Assembly (NCBI GenBank): GCA_963823665.1
Contig: CAWGMQ010000008.1
Coordinates: 864,001 to 928,000 of the forward strand
DNA from: an uncultured Planctomycetota bacterium
GTDB lineage: Bacteria; Planctomycetota; Planctomycetia; Isosphaerales; Isosphaeraceae
Length of the DNA: 64,000 nt
Direction: 5' to 3'
The translations under genes were made by a program, and so were the position numbers. Below are positions 29,607 to 39,968 of the stretch, piece by piece. The notes below the pieces were generated by a model that saw nothing but the letters and a program-made list of their open reading frames with translations, had not been told where the DNA came from and searched no databases. The first letter of the stretch is position 1, and every line of letters begins with the position of its first letter.

Positions 29607-32600
29607 ATGGCCACAGCCGATCCCGACAGGAACCTGCTCTTCGGCATCCTCGCGCTCCAGAACGGCCTGATCGACCAGCCGGATTTGATCGCCGCCTTCC
29701 AGTGCTGGTCGAAGGAACGCCGGCGCCCCATGGCCCAGATACTGGTCGAGCGCGGCGCCCTGACCGGCGACGATCAGGTGATGCTCGAGGGATTGGTCCG
29801 ACGTTACGTGGCCAAGCAGGGCGACAACGTCTTTCGCCCGCCCGTCGCCGGCGCTGATTCCCCACCTCAAGGCGAGAGCGAGCGCATTGCGACGACCGCG
29901 GATCGGCCTGATGAAAACTCCGAGATCCGCCGCTCGCGCCCTGAAAACGGCGGGCCGTCGGAACTCGGTAACCTCACGAGGGGCGCCAGCGATCAAAACG
30001 TCGCCGACGATTCCCTCGATTGGAGCTTCCGCTTGGGCTCCTCGACATCGGAAGGCGGCCGCTTCCGACTGCTGCGGCAGCACGCCCGGGGCGGCATCGG
30101 CGTCGTCTTCGTTGCCCTGGACTCGGAGCTCCATCGCGAGGTCGCCCTCAAACAGATCCAGCCGCAACACGCCGACGATCCGGCAAGCCGTGCCCGTTTC
30201 CTGGTCGAGGCCGAGGTCACTGGCCGGCTGGAACATCCCGGCGTCGTCCCCGTCTATGCACTGGGGCAGAGTGACCAGGGCCGGCCTTTCTACGCGATGC
30301 GGTTCGTCCGCGGCCAAAGCCTCAAAGACGCTCTCGAGAGCTTCCACCAGGCCGATCAAGATCCCAGGCGAGATCCGGCCGAGCGCACCCTTGCCCTCCG
30401 CCAGCTTCTGGGACGGTTTATTGACGTCTGCCATGCGATCGCTTATGCACACAGCCGGGGCGTGCTGCACCGTGATCTCAAGCCCGCAAACATATTGCTC
30501 GGCCCCTACGGCGAGACGTTGGTCGTCGACTGGGGTCTGGCGAAGGTCGTCGGCCGCGACGACCCCACCCCCCGCCCCGCCCCGGAGATGACTTTGCGCC
30601 CCGCCGCGCCTTCCGGAAGCAGTGAGACCATGGCAGGCACGGCCATCGGCACACCGATGTTCATGAGCCCCGAGCAGGCCGAGGGCCGGTGGACTGAGAT
30701 CGGCCCAGCCAGTGACATCTACTGCCTGGGAGCAACCTTGTACTGCCTTCTGACCGGCAAGCCCGCGATCGAGGACCGCGACGTCGACCAGATCCTGGCG
30801 CGGGTGCGGCGCGGCGATTTCCCGCCCCCACGCCAGGTCAACCCCCGAGTGCCGGCCGCGCTCGAAGCGGTCGTCAAGAAGGCCATGGCCCTGCGCCCGT
30901 CCGATCGCTATCCGTCGGCACAGGAGCTCGCCAGGGAAGTCGAGCGCTGGCTCGCCGATGAGCCGGTGAGCGCATGGCGCGAACCGGTCCGCGAACGGGC
31001 GCGGCGCTGGATCGCGCGGCGGCGCACGACCGTCGCTGCGCTGGCCGCGACTGTGCTCGCTTCCACTCTCGGGCTGGCCGCCGTGCTCATGGTCCAGACG
31101 CGTGCCAACGCCTCGCTCAAGTCGGCCAACCTCGATCTGGCGGCGGCCAATCAGCGCGCCAGCGACTTTAACCGCGAGCTGATGCTCGCCAACACTCGCG
31201 AGCGCACCCGCTTCGAGCTGTCGCTCGACGCGATCAAAACATTCCACAGCGGTGTCAGCGAGGATCTCCTGCTCAAAGAGAAGCAATTCGACGCCTTGCG
31301 CACCAAGCTTCTCCGCGGCGCGACCGACTTCTACCAGCGGCTTGAAAGCCTCCTGGCTGGTCAAGCGGACCACCGCTCGCGCACCGCGCTCGGGCAGGCT
31401 TACCACGATATCGGCGAGTTGACAGCCCGGATCGGCACGCAGACCGAAGCGCTCGCCGCACTCAAACGAGGTCTCGAGCTCCGCGTGGCGCTGGCGGCCG
31501 AGCCCGAGGCCGGAGCCGCCACCAAGCTCCAGGCCGCCCAGAGTTTGCTCGCGGTAGGCGACCTCCAGGAGGCAACCGGAGAGTTGAACGATGCCCTGGC
31601 AGCCTACCAGCAAGCGCGCGCCATCCTGGAGCCCTTGGCCCAATCCGAGCCGGAGCCCTTCCGCTACCGCGCAGCCGTCGCGAAATCCCTCCACGGCATC
31701 GCCCGCGTGCAGTACAACCAGGGCCACGCCGGCCTTGCACTCGCATCGCACGAACACGCGCGGGCCATCCGCCAGGAACTGGCTGACGCCAATCCCGGCG
31801 TTACGGAATTCCAGTCCGATCTCGTGGCCAGCCATCACGACATCGGCGCCATCGAACGAACGAGCGGCCACAGGAATCTCGCTCTCGCATCGTACGAGCG
31901 CGCCCGCGAGATCAGCCAGGAGCTCGCCAGCACCAATCCCAAAGAAACGCACTTCCAGAGTGCCCTCGCACAAAGCTATAATGATATCGGCTTCCTTCAC
32001 CAGGAATCGGGAAACCTCGAGGCAGCCCTCGCGTCGCTCGAGCAGGCGCGGGCGATTCTGCAAAAGCTCGCCGACGCGAACCCCGCCGTCACTCAATTCG
32101 AAGGCGACCTGGCGCAAGATCATCAGGTCATTGGCTCGATCCTGGATCAAACGGGGCATCCCTCCGAAGCCCTCGAATCGTATGAACGGGCTCGGGCTAT
32201 ACTCGCCCGCCTTGTCGACCTCTATCCCACGCTCACCCTGTTTCAGAACAGGTTGGCCATGAGCCACTCGTACGTCGGCCTCGCAAGGCGGCGAGCCGGC
32301 CGCCCCGCCGAGGCCGCAACCGAGTTCCACCGCGCCGTCGCCATCATGGAGCGTCTCGCAGGCCTCCAGCCCGATGGGTTCAACCTCTACAACCTCGCCT
32401 GTTTCCGATCGCTGCTCTCTGGAATCGCCGCCCAGCCCGGCTCCGGGCTCACAAGTGACGACTCCCGCAGCTTGGCGGCACAGGCCGTCCTGACTCTGCG
32501 CCGGGCCGTCGACGCCGGCTTTCGAAACGTCGGGTTCATGCAACGAGACACCGACCTCGACGCCCTCCGCGGACGTACCGACTTTCAACTGCTCTTGATG

Positions 32601-32636
32601 GATGTCGCATTCCCCGAAAACCCGATTGCAAGATAA
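29607..32636 (+). CDS. Ser/Thr protein kinase with TM segment and TPR repeats
   Basis: DRNLLFGILALQ, ARGGIG, VALK, HRDLKPAN, DWGLAK, GTPMFMSPEQ; C-terminal TPRs, YNLAC. Confidence 0.95.
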   Translation: MATADPDRNLLFGILALQNGLIDQPDLIAAFQCWSKERRRPMAQILVERGALTGDDQVMLEGLVRRYVAKQGDNVFRPPVAGADSPPQGESERIATTADRPDENSEIRRSRPENGGPSELGNLTRGASDQNVADDSLDWSFRLGSSTSEGGRFRLLRQHARGGIGVVFVALDSELHREVALKQIQPQHADDPASRARFLVEAEVTGRLEHPGVVPVYALGQSDQGRPFYAMRFVRGQSLKDALESFHQADQDPRRDPAERTLALRQLLGRFIDVCHAIAYAHSRGVLHRDLKPANILLGPYGETLVVDWGLAKVVGRDDPTPRPAPEMTLRPAAPSGSSETMAGTAIGTPMFMSPEQAEGRWTEIGPASDIYCLGATLYCLLTGKPAIEDRDVDQILARVRRGDFPPPRQVNPRVPAALEAVVKKAMALRPSDRYPSAQELAREVERWLADEPVSAWREPVRERARRWIARRRTTVAALAATVLASTLGLAAVLMVQTRANASLKSANLDLAAANQRASDFNRELMLANTRERTRFELSLDAIKTFHSGVSEDLLLKEKQFDALRTKLLRGATDFYQRLESLLAGQADHRSRTALGQAYHDIGELTARIGTQTEALAALKRGLELRVALAAEPEAGAATKLQAAQSLLAVGDLQEATGELNDALAAYQQARAILEPLAQSEPEPFRYRAAVAKSLHGIARVQYNQGHAGLALASHEHARAIRQELADANPGVTEFQSDLVASHHDIGAIERTSGHRNLALASYERAREISQELASTNPKETHFQSALAQSYNDIGFLHQESGNLEAALASLEQARAILQKLADANPAVTQFEGDLAQDHQVIGSILDQTGHPSEALESYERARAILARLVDLYPTLTLFQNRLAMSHSYVGLARRRAGRPAEAATEFHRAVAIMERLAGLQPDGFNLYNLACFRSLLSGIAAQPGSGLTSDDSRSLAAQAVLTLRRAVDAGFRNVGFMQRDTDLDALRGRTDFQLLLMDVAFPENPIAR

Positions 32637-32677
32637 CCGGGCGATGCGCCAGGTCCAGACCGCGAATCCGGCTGACG

Positions 32678-35600
32678 TCATCGATCCCCCTGCGAAGGAA
32701 GCGTCCTGGCGACCCGGAAACCGAAGAACGGCACACCCTCGACGCCATGCCCCATCGACCGCGCAGCCGACCGCACCGCCGCCAGCGAGCTGAAGTAAGC
32801 GCCCCCGCGAAGCACGCGCTGGGGATGATCGTTGCCAGCAAGCCCTTGGTCTTCCACGGCCGGATCGGTCATCGTCGTTCCGTACCGCGCATAGCTGTCG
32901 CTGCACCACTCAGACAGATTCCCGAGCATGTCGAAGAGCCCCAGATCATTCGGCTTCTTGAGCCCCACCGGATGCGAGTCACCGCTCGAGACCGGCAGCC
33001 ACCAGGCATACCACGCAACGTGGTCATCGAACCGGCCGAACGGGCGCCCGGTCGACGATCCGGCACGGCACGCAAACTCCCACTCCGCTTCGGTCGGCAG
33101 CCGATATCCGGGTCGTTCGAGATAGTCCGGATAAGGCCTCATGCCGTCTCGCACGAATGTTTCGACGGGCGGATAGCACATCTGCCGCTCGTCGCTCATC
33201 CCCTCCTGGGCCGTGAGCCACCGGCAATAGGCCACGCAGTCAACGTACGATCGGTTGTCAATTGGATGATCAAGCCCGTGCGGCGAATTGCTTGCCGGCG
33301 CGGCCGATGGCTCGAAGCGGCTGTACTGCCCGAATGTCGCCTCAAGGGTCGCTATCGAGTACGTTCGGACAATTCGCACCCGATGCAGTGTCTCATCGTG
33401 TCTGTCCGGATAGGTTTCGTGCGATCCCATCACGAACTCCACCGGCCCTCTCACCACCGCCATCGTGTGCCCGTTCCGGCCCACGTACCAGCGCCGACCA
33501 TCGACCGGCCCGTTCGACGCAAGGGCTGCATCCGCACGAGCAAGTTCATCTCGATCTCCCCAGCGCAAAAGCAGCCACCGCGCCGCCGAGTGGATGCCGG
33601 GATCCTGATCGTTCGCATACACCCTTCGCAGCCACGGCTTCACTCGGTCACGCTCCACCTGCGAAAGCCGGCTGAGCGGATATTCCCCCAGCACAAGCAA
33701 AAGTGCCAACCGGATCGACGGATCTTTCTCACTTTCCGCTCTGCGGACAATCGTCGACGCGGAAACGCCGGCCTCTGCCGCGCGGTTGATCATTTCGGTG
33801 CGCAGGCTGTCATCGTCGCTGTGCCCCAGTAGCGGCCAGACCGATTCCCCGTGCTCGAGCGCCAAGAGCGCGAGGGCGTAGTTCGAGATCCGTCGCAACG
33901 CGGCTCCTGTGGCCGGCGCTCGGGGCTTGGGCTCGGACTCAAGCGCCGATACCAACTTTGCTTCGAGTCCATCCGGCGCGCGTCCCGCAAGTCCACGCAG
34001 CTTCTCGATCAAGACCGCGTTCTGAGTCCCTTCGCCGGCCCCGAGCAGCTCGAGGAGCGGCGGAACTTGATCGACATAGCTTGCCAGCGCAAACGCCGCA
34101 GAATCGCGCTCGTCGTGTCGCTCCGATTCCTTGAAAGCACTCGACAGCGGACCGATCAGCTCGCCACGAATGCCACGCAGAAGTTCCAGCCAGTCGCCGA
34201 GCAAGAAGCGGTTCTCCGCTGCGATCAGCCACGAGGCGATATCGGCCGCTGCGTCTTTCAGTTGCGGGCTGTTGACGTCGTACGCCGCCAGGCCGCATGC
34301 GGCGCGGAGACGCCGGCCCCGCTCGGTGCCTGCGTCGCCGAGGACGTCGCGCAGGCGGGCCGAGACCACCGTGATCTGCCCGCGCAGCGAATCGCGGATG
34401 ACCGCGACTTGATAGGGCGGTGCAACCAGCATCCGCTCGACCAGCTCACCCGTTACACTCGGGTCGCCATCCACAGCCGCCAGTCCAAGGTTGAATCGCG
34501 CCAGCGAGCCCGCCGCTACCTGCTTGAGCCGGGCCGAGACCCGCCGCCCGGACTTCGGCTGGAGCTCCGCCAGCTCCCGCACGACCTGCGGCACACGCGC
34601 CGTCTCCCCGGTTTCCAGCGCTTCGATCAGCGCCTCGATCCGGCGGGCTCGACTCTGCTCGCGCTCCCAGACAACCGCCCCCGTCCCTCCGGCAGCCACC
34701 ATCAGGCACACAAGAACCAGCCCCGCCGCTGCCGGCCGGAGCCGCGCCCATTTCACCAGGCGTTCCAGCGGACCCGCCGGTCGAGCATGAATCGGCTTGC
34801 CTTCGATGTAGAGCGATAAATCCTTCGCCACGGCCAGAGCATCCGTGAACCGGTCGGCCGGCCTTTTTTCCAAACACTTCAGGCAGATTGTCTCCATGTC
34901 GCGCGCGACGGCTCGGTTCAGCTTGCGAGGCGGCACCGGCTCCTGGTCGATCACCTGCCGCATCGTTTCCACGGGATCTGCCGCGCGAAACGGTGGGCGG
35001 CCGGTCAATGCGTGGTAGAGCGTGGCGCCCAGACTGTAGACGTCACCCGCGGCCCCGACCGGCGACTCGCCGCCCGCCTGCTCCGGCGACATGTAGCACG
35101 GAGTGCCCAGCCGCTCACCCGAGGCCGTCAACCCCGTGTCGCTCGAGAGCCACTTCGCCAGACCAAAATCGGCGACGTATGGCCGGCCGGCCCCGTCCAC
35201 CAGGATGTTCGACGGCTTGATGTCGCGGTGAACGATTCCCGAGGCGTGCGCAGAGTGCACAGCGCGGGCAATCGGCTCGAAAATCCGAGCCGCGTGCTCG
35301 TTCGACAACGGACCTTCCTCGAGCATCTCGGCCAGGCTCGTCCCCTCGATCAGCCGCATGGAATAGTACGGGCGCCCCGCAGACTCGCCCACGTCGTAAA
35401 CGGTGACGATGTGATCATGTGCAAGCCGAGCTGCCGCCTGCGCCTCCACTCGGAACCGGCTGAAGATGGAATCCAGTCGGTCGGGCTCGCGGCAGTCGAT
35501 CAGCTCCGGCCGGATCATCTTGAGGGCGACGACTCGGTCCGCCGCCCGATGCCGTGCGCGAAAAACCACACCCATTCCCCCGTGCCCAAGCTCCTCGATG

Positions 35601-35983
35601 AGTTCGAAGTCCGCGATAACTTCTCCAGCGCGGATCGTCTGGCCCCGCGAGATTCTCGCGCGGCCTCGCCACTCACGCGTGCGGCTCGACCCGAAGGCCT
35701 CGGGCGCGGTCGAGGGTAAGCCGATCGCCGATTGAGCGTCTCCATCCTGGCGCGTCGCCTCAAGAAAGCCAGTCGCCGTTTCGTCCGGCTGTGCGGGCTC
35801 GGCCGGCTCGGTCTCGGGTAACAGACGGCTCACCGCTCCACCGGCTGGGGCCTCCGCGGTCGGCACAAGACCGGCGTCGCATACCGTTTCCGTCGACGTC
35901 GAACTGGGGGCGCCCGCACGATCAGATCGCGCCACGTCACACCATTCGCCGGTCGGCTCGGTCCCGGGGACCGAATCAGCCAT
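32678..35983 (-). CDS. Ser/Thr protein kinase fused to a formylglycine-generating enzyme (SUMF1) family domain
   Basis: GHGGMG, HRDIKPSN, DFGLAK; C-terminal FVMGS, YRLPTEAEWEFACRAG, NDLGLFDMLGNLSEWC, RVLRGGAY, GFRVAR. Confidence 0.93.
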   Translation of the reverse strand: MADSVPGTEPTGEWCDVARSDRAGAPSSTSTETVCDAGLVPTAEAPAGGAVSRLLPETEPAEPAQPDETATGFLEATRQDGDAQSAIGLPSTAPEAFGSSRTREWRGRARISRGQTIRAGEVIADFELIEELGHGGMGVVFRARHRAADRVVALKMIRPELIDCREPDRLDSIFSRFRVEAQAAARLAHDHIVTVYDVGESAGRPYYSMRLIEGTSLAEMLEEGPLSNEHAARIFEPIARAVHSAHASGIVHRDIKPSNILVDGAGRPYVADFGLAKWLSSDTGLTASGERLGTPCYMSPEQAGGESPVGAAGDVYSLGATLYHALTGRPPFRAADPVETMRQVIDQEPVPPRKLNRAVARDMETICLKCLEKRPADRFTDALAVAKDLSLYIEGKPIHARPAGPLERLVKWARLRPAAAGLVLVCLMVAAGGTGAVVWEREQSRARRIEALIEALETGETARVPQVVRELAELQPKSGRRVSARLKQVAAGSLARFNLGLAAVDGDPSVTGELVERMLVAPPYQVAVIRDSLRGQITVVSARLRDVLGDAGTERGRRLRAACGLAAYDVNSPQLKDAAADIASWLIAAENRFLLGDWLELLRGIRGELIGPLSSAFKESERHDERDSAAFALASYVDQVPPLLELLGAGEGTQNAVLIEKLRGLAGRAPDGLEAKLVSALESEPKPRAPATGAALRRISNYALALLALEHGESVWPLLGHSDDDSLRTEMINRAAEAGVSASTIVRRAESEKDPSIRLALLLVLGEYPLSRLSQVERDRVKPWLRRVYANDQDPGIHSAARWLLLRWGDRDELARADAALASNGPVDGRRWYVGRNGHTMAVVRGPVEFVMGSHETYPDRHDETLHRVRIVRTYSIATLEATFGQYSRFEPSAAPASNSPHGLDHPIDNRSYVDCVAYCRWLTAQEGMSDERQMCYPPVETFVRDGMRPYPDYLERPGYRLPTEAEWEFACRAGSSTGRPFGRFDDHVAWYAWWLPVSSGDSHPVGLKKPNDLGLFDMLGNLSEWCSDSYARYGTTMTDPAVEDQGLAGNDHPQRVLRGGAYFSSLAAVRSAARSMGHGVEGVPFFGFRVARTLPSQGDR

Positions 35984-36051
35984 CTCAAGCTCCTCAAAGC
36001 ACCAAATCTTGATGTATGCCACCACCCGTGATGTCCGATTGAGCCCGTCCG

Positions 36052-37068
36052 TCAACGGCTCACGATCGCTCGAGCGGCCGCGACGATGCGGTCGCTATCA
36101 GGGCGATACGCGTTCTCGAGCACCGGCGTAAACGGCACCGGTACGTCCGCCGATGCGACCCGAACAACGGGCGCCAGCAAGCTCTCGCCGAACTGTTCCA
36201 TGATCCCCGCAGCAATCTCGGCGCTCGTGCCACCCGTCTTCGGGCCTTCCTCCACGATCACGACCCGTCCCGTCTTCCGCACCGATTCGCCGATCGTCTC
36301 GTAGTCAATCGGCGAAAGGCTGCGCACGTCGATCACCTCCGCATCGATCCCTCCCTCGGCAAGCTCAAGCGCGGCCTTCGTCGCGAAGTGAGCCATCAGC
36401 AGCCATGCCAGTATCGTCACTTCCTTGCCCGCTCTCCGCACCGCGGCTCGATCGAGCGGAACCGTGTAGTCACCCACAGGAATATCGCTCGTCGCGTCCA
36501 CAGCGCCGGGCTCCGTGCGTGCGCCCTTCGAGCCATACAGCAGCTTGTGCTCGAATATGAGCACCGGGTTATCATCGCGCACCGCGCTCTTGAGAACACC
36601 CTTGGCATCGTAAGCATTCGAGACGGCAACCACCTTGATGCCGGGCACTCCGGTGAAATAGCGCTCCATACTTTGGGCATGCTGAGATCCCCGCCCGGTC
36701 GCGCCGATCGGAGCGCGCATCACCATCGGCACCCGGATCGTCCCGCCCGACATGTACCGCATCTTGGCGGCGTTGTTCACGATTTGATCCATCGCCAGAA
36801 ACAGGAAATCGCCGTACTGCACATCAACGATCGGCCTCATGCCCATCATGGCCGCGCCCACGGCAGCGCCGAAAAAGCCGAGCTCCGCGATCGGTGTATT
36901 CAACATCCGGTCGGGGAACTCCTCTTCCAAGCCCAGCGTCACGGTGAACGCACCGCCCCAGCCGCCCGAAACGGCGATGTCCTCGCCCAGGCAAAACACA
37001 CTCGGATCCCGCCGCATTTCCTCGGCGATCCCTTCACGCAACGATTCGGCAATGCTAAGTCGTTTCAC
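36052..37068 (-). CDS. 2-oxoacid/acetoin dehydrogenase E1 beta subunit
   Basis: LGEDI, NTPIAELGF, GMRPIVD, QIVNNAAK, SQHAQS, FEHKLLY, KTGRVVIVEE. Confidence 0.92.
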   Translation of the reverse strand: MKRLSIAESLREGIAEEMRRDPSVFCLGEDIAVSGGWGGAFTVTLGLEEEFPDRMLNTPIAELGFFGAAVGAAMMGMRPIVDVQYGDFLFLAMDQIVNNAAKMRYMSGGTIRVPMVMRAPIGATGRGSQHAQSMERYFTGVPGIKVVAVSNAYDAKGVLKSAVRDDNPVLIFEHKLLYGSKGARTEPGAVDATSDIPVGDYTVPLDRAAVRRAGKEVTILAWLLMAHFATKAALELAEGGIDAEVIDVRSLSPIDYETIGESVRKTGRVVIVEEGPKTGGTSAEIAAGIMEQFGESLLAPVVRVASADVPVPFTPVLENAYRPDSDRIVAAARAIVSR

Positions 37069-37110
37069 TTTTACGCGTGGACTTGAGTTCCACGCTCCTT
37101 ACCGAAGTCC

Positions 37111-37332
37111 TCAGCCACCGTTAAGTAGATCGCCCCAGGTCGTAATCTCCGGCCGCATGATCTTGTCGCCGAGTGCTTCGAGGCGGTCGAGGTCGACGAT
37201 GCCTTCCAGTATCTCGGTTGTCACGGAGTCGGGCTCGCCATACCTTTGAGTTCCCAGCCGGCGAATGATCCCGCGCGCCTCCTCCACTCGACCCTCGCGA
37301 AGGATCCTCTCATAGGTCGACGATTGATGCAT
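37111..37332 (-). CDS. Small protein equal to the C-terminal domain of Rpn-family proteins (RpnS/DUF4351-like)
   Basis: GVRA-MHQSSTYERILREGRVEEAR...RYGEPD...DLDRLEALGDKI...TWGDLL; GGAG upstream of the ATG. Confidence 0.7.
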   Translation of the reverse strand: MHQSSTYERILREGRVEEARGIIRRLGTQRYGEPDSVTTEILEGIVDLDRLEALGDKIMRPEITTWGDLLNGG

Positions 37333-37415
37333 CGCCCTCACTCCGCTCCTTGGTGGTGACATCAAATGGATTGAACATGAGAATCACTCCGCGGTCATGG
37401 CCGCCGAACGGGAGA

Positions 37416-38812
37416 TTACGCAAACACATCAGTAGTCAAGTCGTCCATCACCGGCATCGGTTGCTTACGTGCCTCTTCGACAGCCGCGCGAAACCGGGCT
37501 TGCGTCCGTCTCTGCACTTCGTCCAGGGCCGCTTGATCCGCCAGGCCGCGATCCTGTAGTAACTGACCCAGGCGCTCGATCGGATCCCGCGCGAACCACG
37601 CATCCTTCTCTTCCTTCGGTTGATAGTGGCAGCCGTCGCGCCGCGAGTGGCCCGTCCGGCGATAGGTCAAAAGCTCGAGCAGCACCGGCCCGCGCCCGCG
37701 CGACAGTCCGCGGCAGCCGCCCGGGTCGCCTCGTAAACCGCCAGCACGTCGTTGCCGTCAACCCGCGCGCCCGTGATGCCGTACGCAGCCGCCCGATCGG
37801 CGATCCGCTCGTTGCGCATCACCCGATCGACACGCGTCGACGCGCCGTAGAGATTGTTTTCACATACGAAAATCACCGGAAGGTCCCAGATCGCGGCGAG
37901 ATTCACCCCCTCGTGAAACGCCCCTTCGGCGATCGCCCCATCACCGAAGAAACACGCGACGATCGCGCGGCTCTTCTGCATTTTTAGCGCCAGCGCCATG
38001 CCCGCGGCCAGCGGCACTCCGCCTCCCACGATCGCAATCCCCGGAACCATTCCCTTGCTCATATTCCCCACGTGCATCGAGCCGCCCTTGCCGCGGCAAC
38101 AACCCGTGACGGCGCCAAACAGCTCGAAAAGCAGCTCTTCCGTTGAGAGCCCCTTGGCCAGAGCATGGCCGTGCCCGCGAAACGTCGAGGTGATGAAATC
38201 AGACGCTTCGAGCGCCGCACAAACGCCCACAGCAGTCGCCTCCTGCCCCTGGCACTGATGAATCGTGCCCGGCATCGCCCCTTCCAGGAACAGGAACTTG
38301 ACCCCATCCTCAAACTCGCGAATCAACACCATCCGCTCGTACAGCGACGTGAGAAACTCGGATTTGTAGGCAGACACGTTCGGCGTGGCGCCCGTCGCGG
38401 CTTCACCTTGACCGTCAGCCCGCGCCTGACGATTACGCTCGAACAGAGACGTGCGAGGCGAGCTCGTCCCCACAGACGACTTGTTCTCCGTGGCCGCCTG
38501 TTGACGCTGCGGTGCCACCGGCGTGGCGACTGGGGCCCGGTCTGCCCCAAGGCTCGGCGCCGCAGCGATTCGTTCATCCACAGTCAATCGCGCGATCACC
38601 TGTCCGGTCTCTACCTCTGATCCGTTCGGAGCCGTGATCTCACACAGCACGCCCAGCACGGGCGACTCCACCGGCAGGATGGCCTTATCGGTTTCCACTT
38701 CCAAGAGCGGCTCACCGCGCTTCACTTGCTCGCCCGGCTCTTTCAGCCAGCCAACGACCGTGACGGTCGCGTCCACGGTTGCCAGGTCGGGCATACGCAT
38801 CAAGAAATCCAT
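37416..38812 (-). CDS. Lipoyl domain fused to dehydrogenase E1 alpha subunit (frameshift near 37690)
   Basis: EVETDKA lipoyl motif; GQEA, GKGGSMH, FFGDGA...ENN ThDP motif; C-terminus TYRRTGHS...DPI in the next frame. Confidence 0.88.
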
Positions 38813-38886
38813 CGTCGAGCCCTGTCCCCTTCGCAAATCAGCCACGGGCGGCTGTCCTGCTTGAATCCCACTTGGTTGATCTCGGT

Positions 38887-39786
38887 TCATTCGGGTGTTG
38901 CTTTTCCGCGGCATCCCAGCAGGTCAATCCGCTCGAGGACGGCGCCGCGCACAGCCAGCCGCCCGGCCAGCAGCACATCCTCGCGCCCGCCCATCCCCAG
39001 CAGGCGATGCGGGTCTGGACAATCGTAACCGATCGCCTGGCGCACGGCGTGCAGGTATCGCTGTTTCAGGTAAGTACCGAAGTTGACTTTTGTCACGCCG
39101 AGCGAAATGGCCTCGCGCAACGCGCGGGGGCTGATGCCGGTGCCCCCGTGCAACACCAGCGGCACCGGAACTCGCTCGTGAATCCGCTCCAGCAGCGCCA
39201 GGTCCAGCCCCTGGTCTCCGCGCGTCTTGATGTGAACATTCCCCACACTCACCGCCAGTAGGTCCACGCCGGTGGCCGTCACGAACTGTGCGGCCGCCAT
39301 CGGATCGGTGGCTGAGCCCCCGTGCGCATCGCCCGAACCCGAGCCCGCCCCGCACGGAAGCTCGCCAACCTCGCCTTCCACCGCGACGTCTCGGGCATGT
39401 GCCACCCGCACAATCTCGGCAACGCGGCCGGTTAGCGCCTCCGATAGAGCCGCCGGATCGGCCAGCATCACCAGGTTGAATCCAAGATCGATTGCCGAGA
39501 GCACCCACTCGTCGCGCGGGCATTCGTTGAAGATCAAGCCGCACGGAACGCTCGACGTCTCCGCCGCGGCCTTGCCGATCGCGGCGTAGAGCGCGAGCCG
39601 TTCACCGGCCCGGCGGTCGCCACTCAAGAATGCGCCGTTGAACCCGAGGATCACCGGCGCGCGAGCTTCCTCCGCGGCGTCGACAACGCCCTGAAGCGAT
39701 TCCATGCTCCAGCTCTCGAAATAGCCGACGGCATACTTTTCCGCCGCCGCCCGCCTCATCATCGGCCCGATCGCTTGCAGGGGCAT
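38887..39786 (-). CDS. Class II fructose-bisphosphate aldolase family protein
   Basis: VEGEVG, TGVDLLAVSVGNVH, PLVLHGGTG, GVTKVNFGT. Confidence 0.88.
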   Translation of the reverse strand: MPLQAIGPMMRRAAAEKYAVGYFESWSMESLQGVVDAAEEARAPVILGFNGAFLSGDRRAGERLALYAAIGKAAAETSSVPCGLIFNECPRDEWVLSAIDLGFNLVMLADPAALSEALTGRVAEIVRVAHARDVAVEGEVGELPCGAGSGSGDAHGGSATDPMAAAQFVTATGVDLLAVSVGNVHIKTRGDQGLDLALLERIHERVPVPLVLHGGTGISPRALREAISLGVTKVNFGTYLKQRYLHAVRQAIGYDCPDPHRLLGMGGREDVLLAGRLAVRGAVLERIDLLGCRGKATPE

Positions 39787-39815
39787 TCAGCGTCTCCAAA
39801 ACCGGCGGCCGCGTC

Positions 39816-39859
39816 TCATTTCGCCCTGGTGTCCTTCAGCTTTTCCGAAAACACCGCTC
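39816..39859 (-). repeat. 44-bp duplicate of the msrA 3' end
   Basis: 42/44 identical to 39969-40012, including the stop codon; offset 153 bp. Confidence 0.9.
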
Positions 39860-39968
39860 CCGTGGACCGTTCGGCGCGGGTCTCTGACCCCGCCGTCCCC
39901 TGGACCGTAGGTCTCCCGCCGGGCCGGCGCTGTCGCGACAATCCCGGAACGTCGCGGCCACCGGCGCG

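Noticed and set aside
27051..32909. 1952-aa minus-strand ORF as a giant protein
   Set aside because: Its first ~1100 codons are the antisense shadow of the plus-strand kinase 29607-32636; only 29177-27051 has an RBS, signal peptide and protein-like sequence
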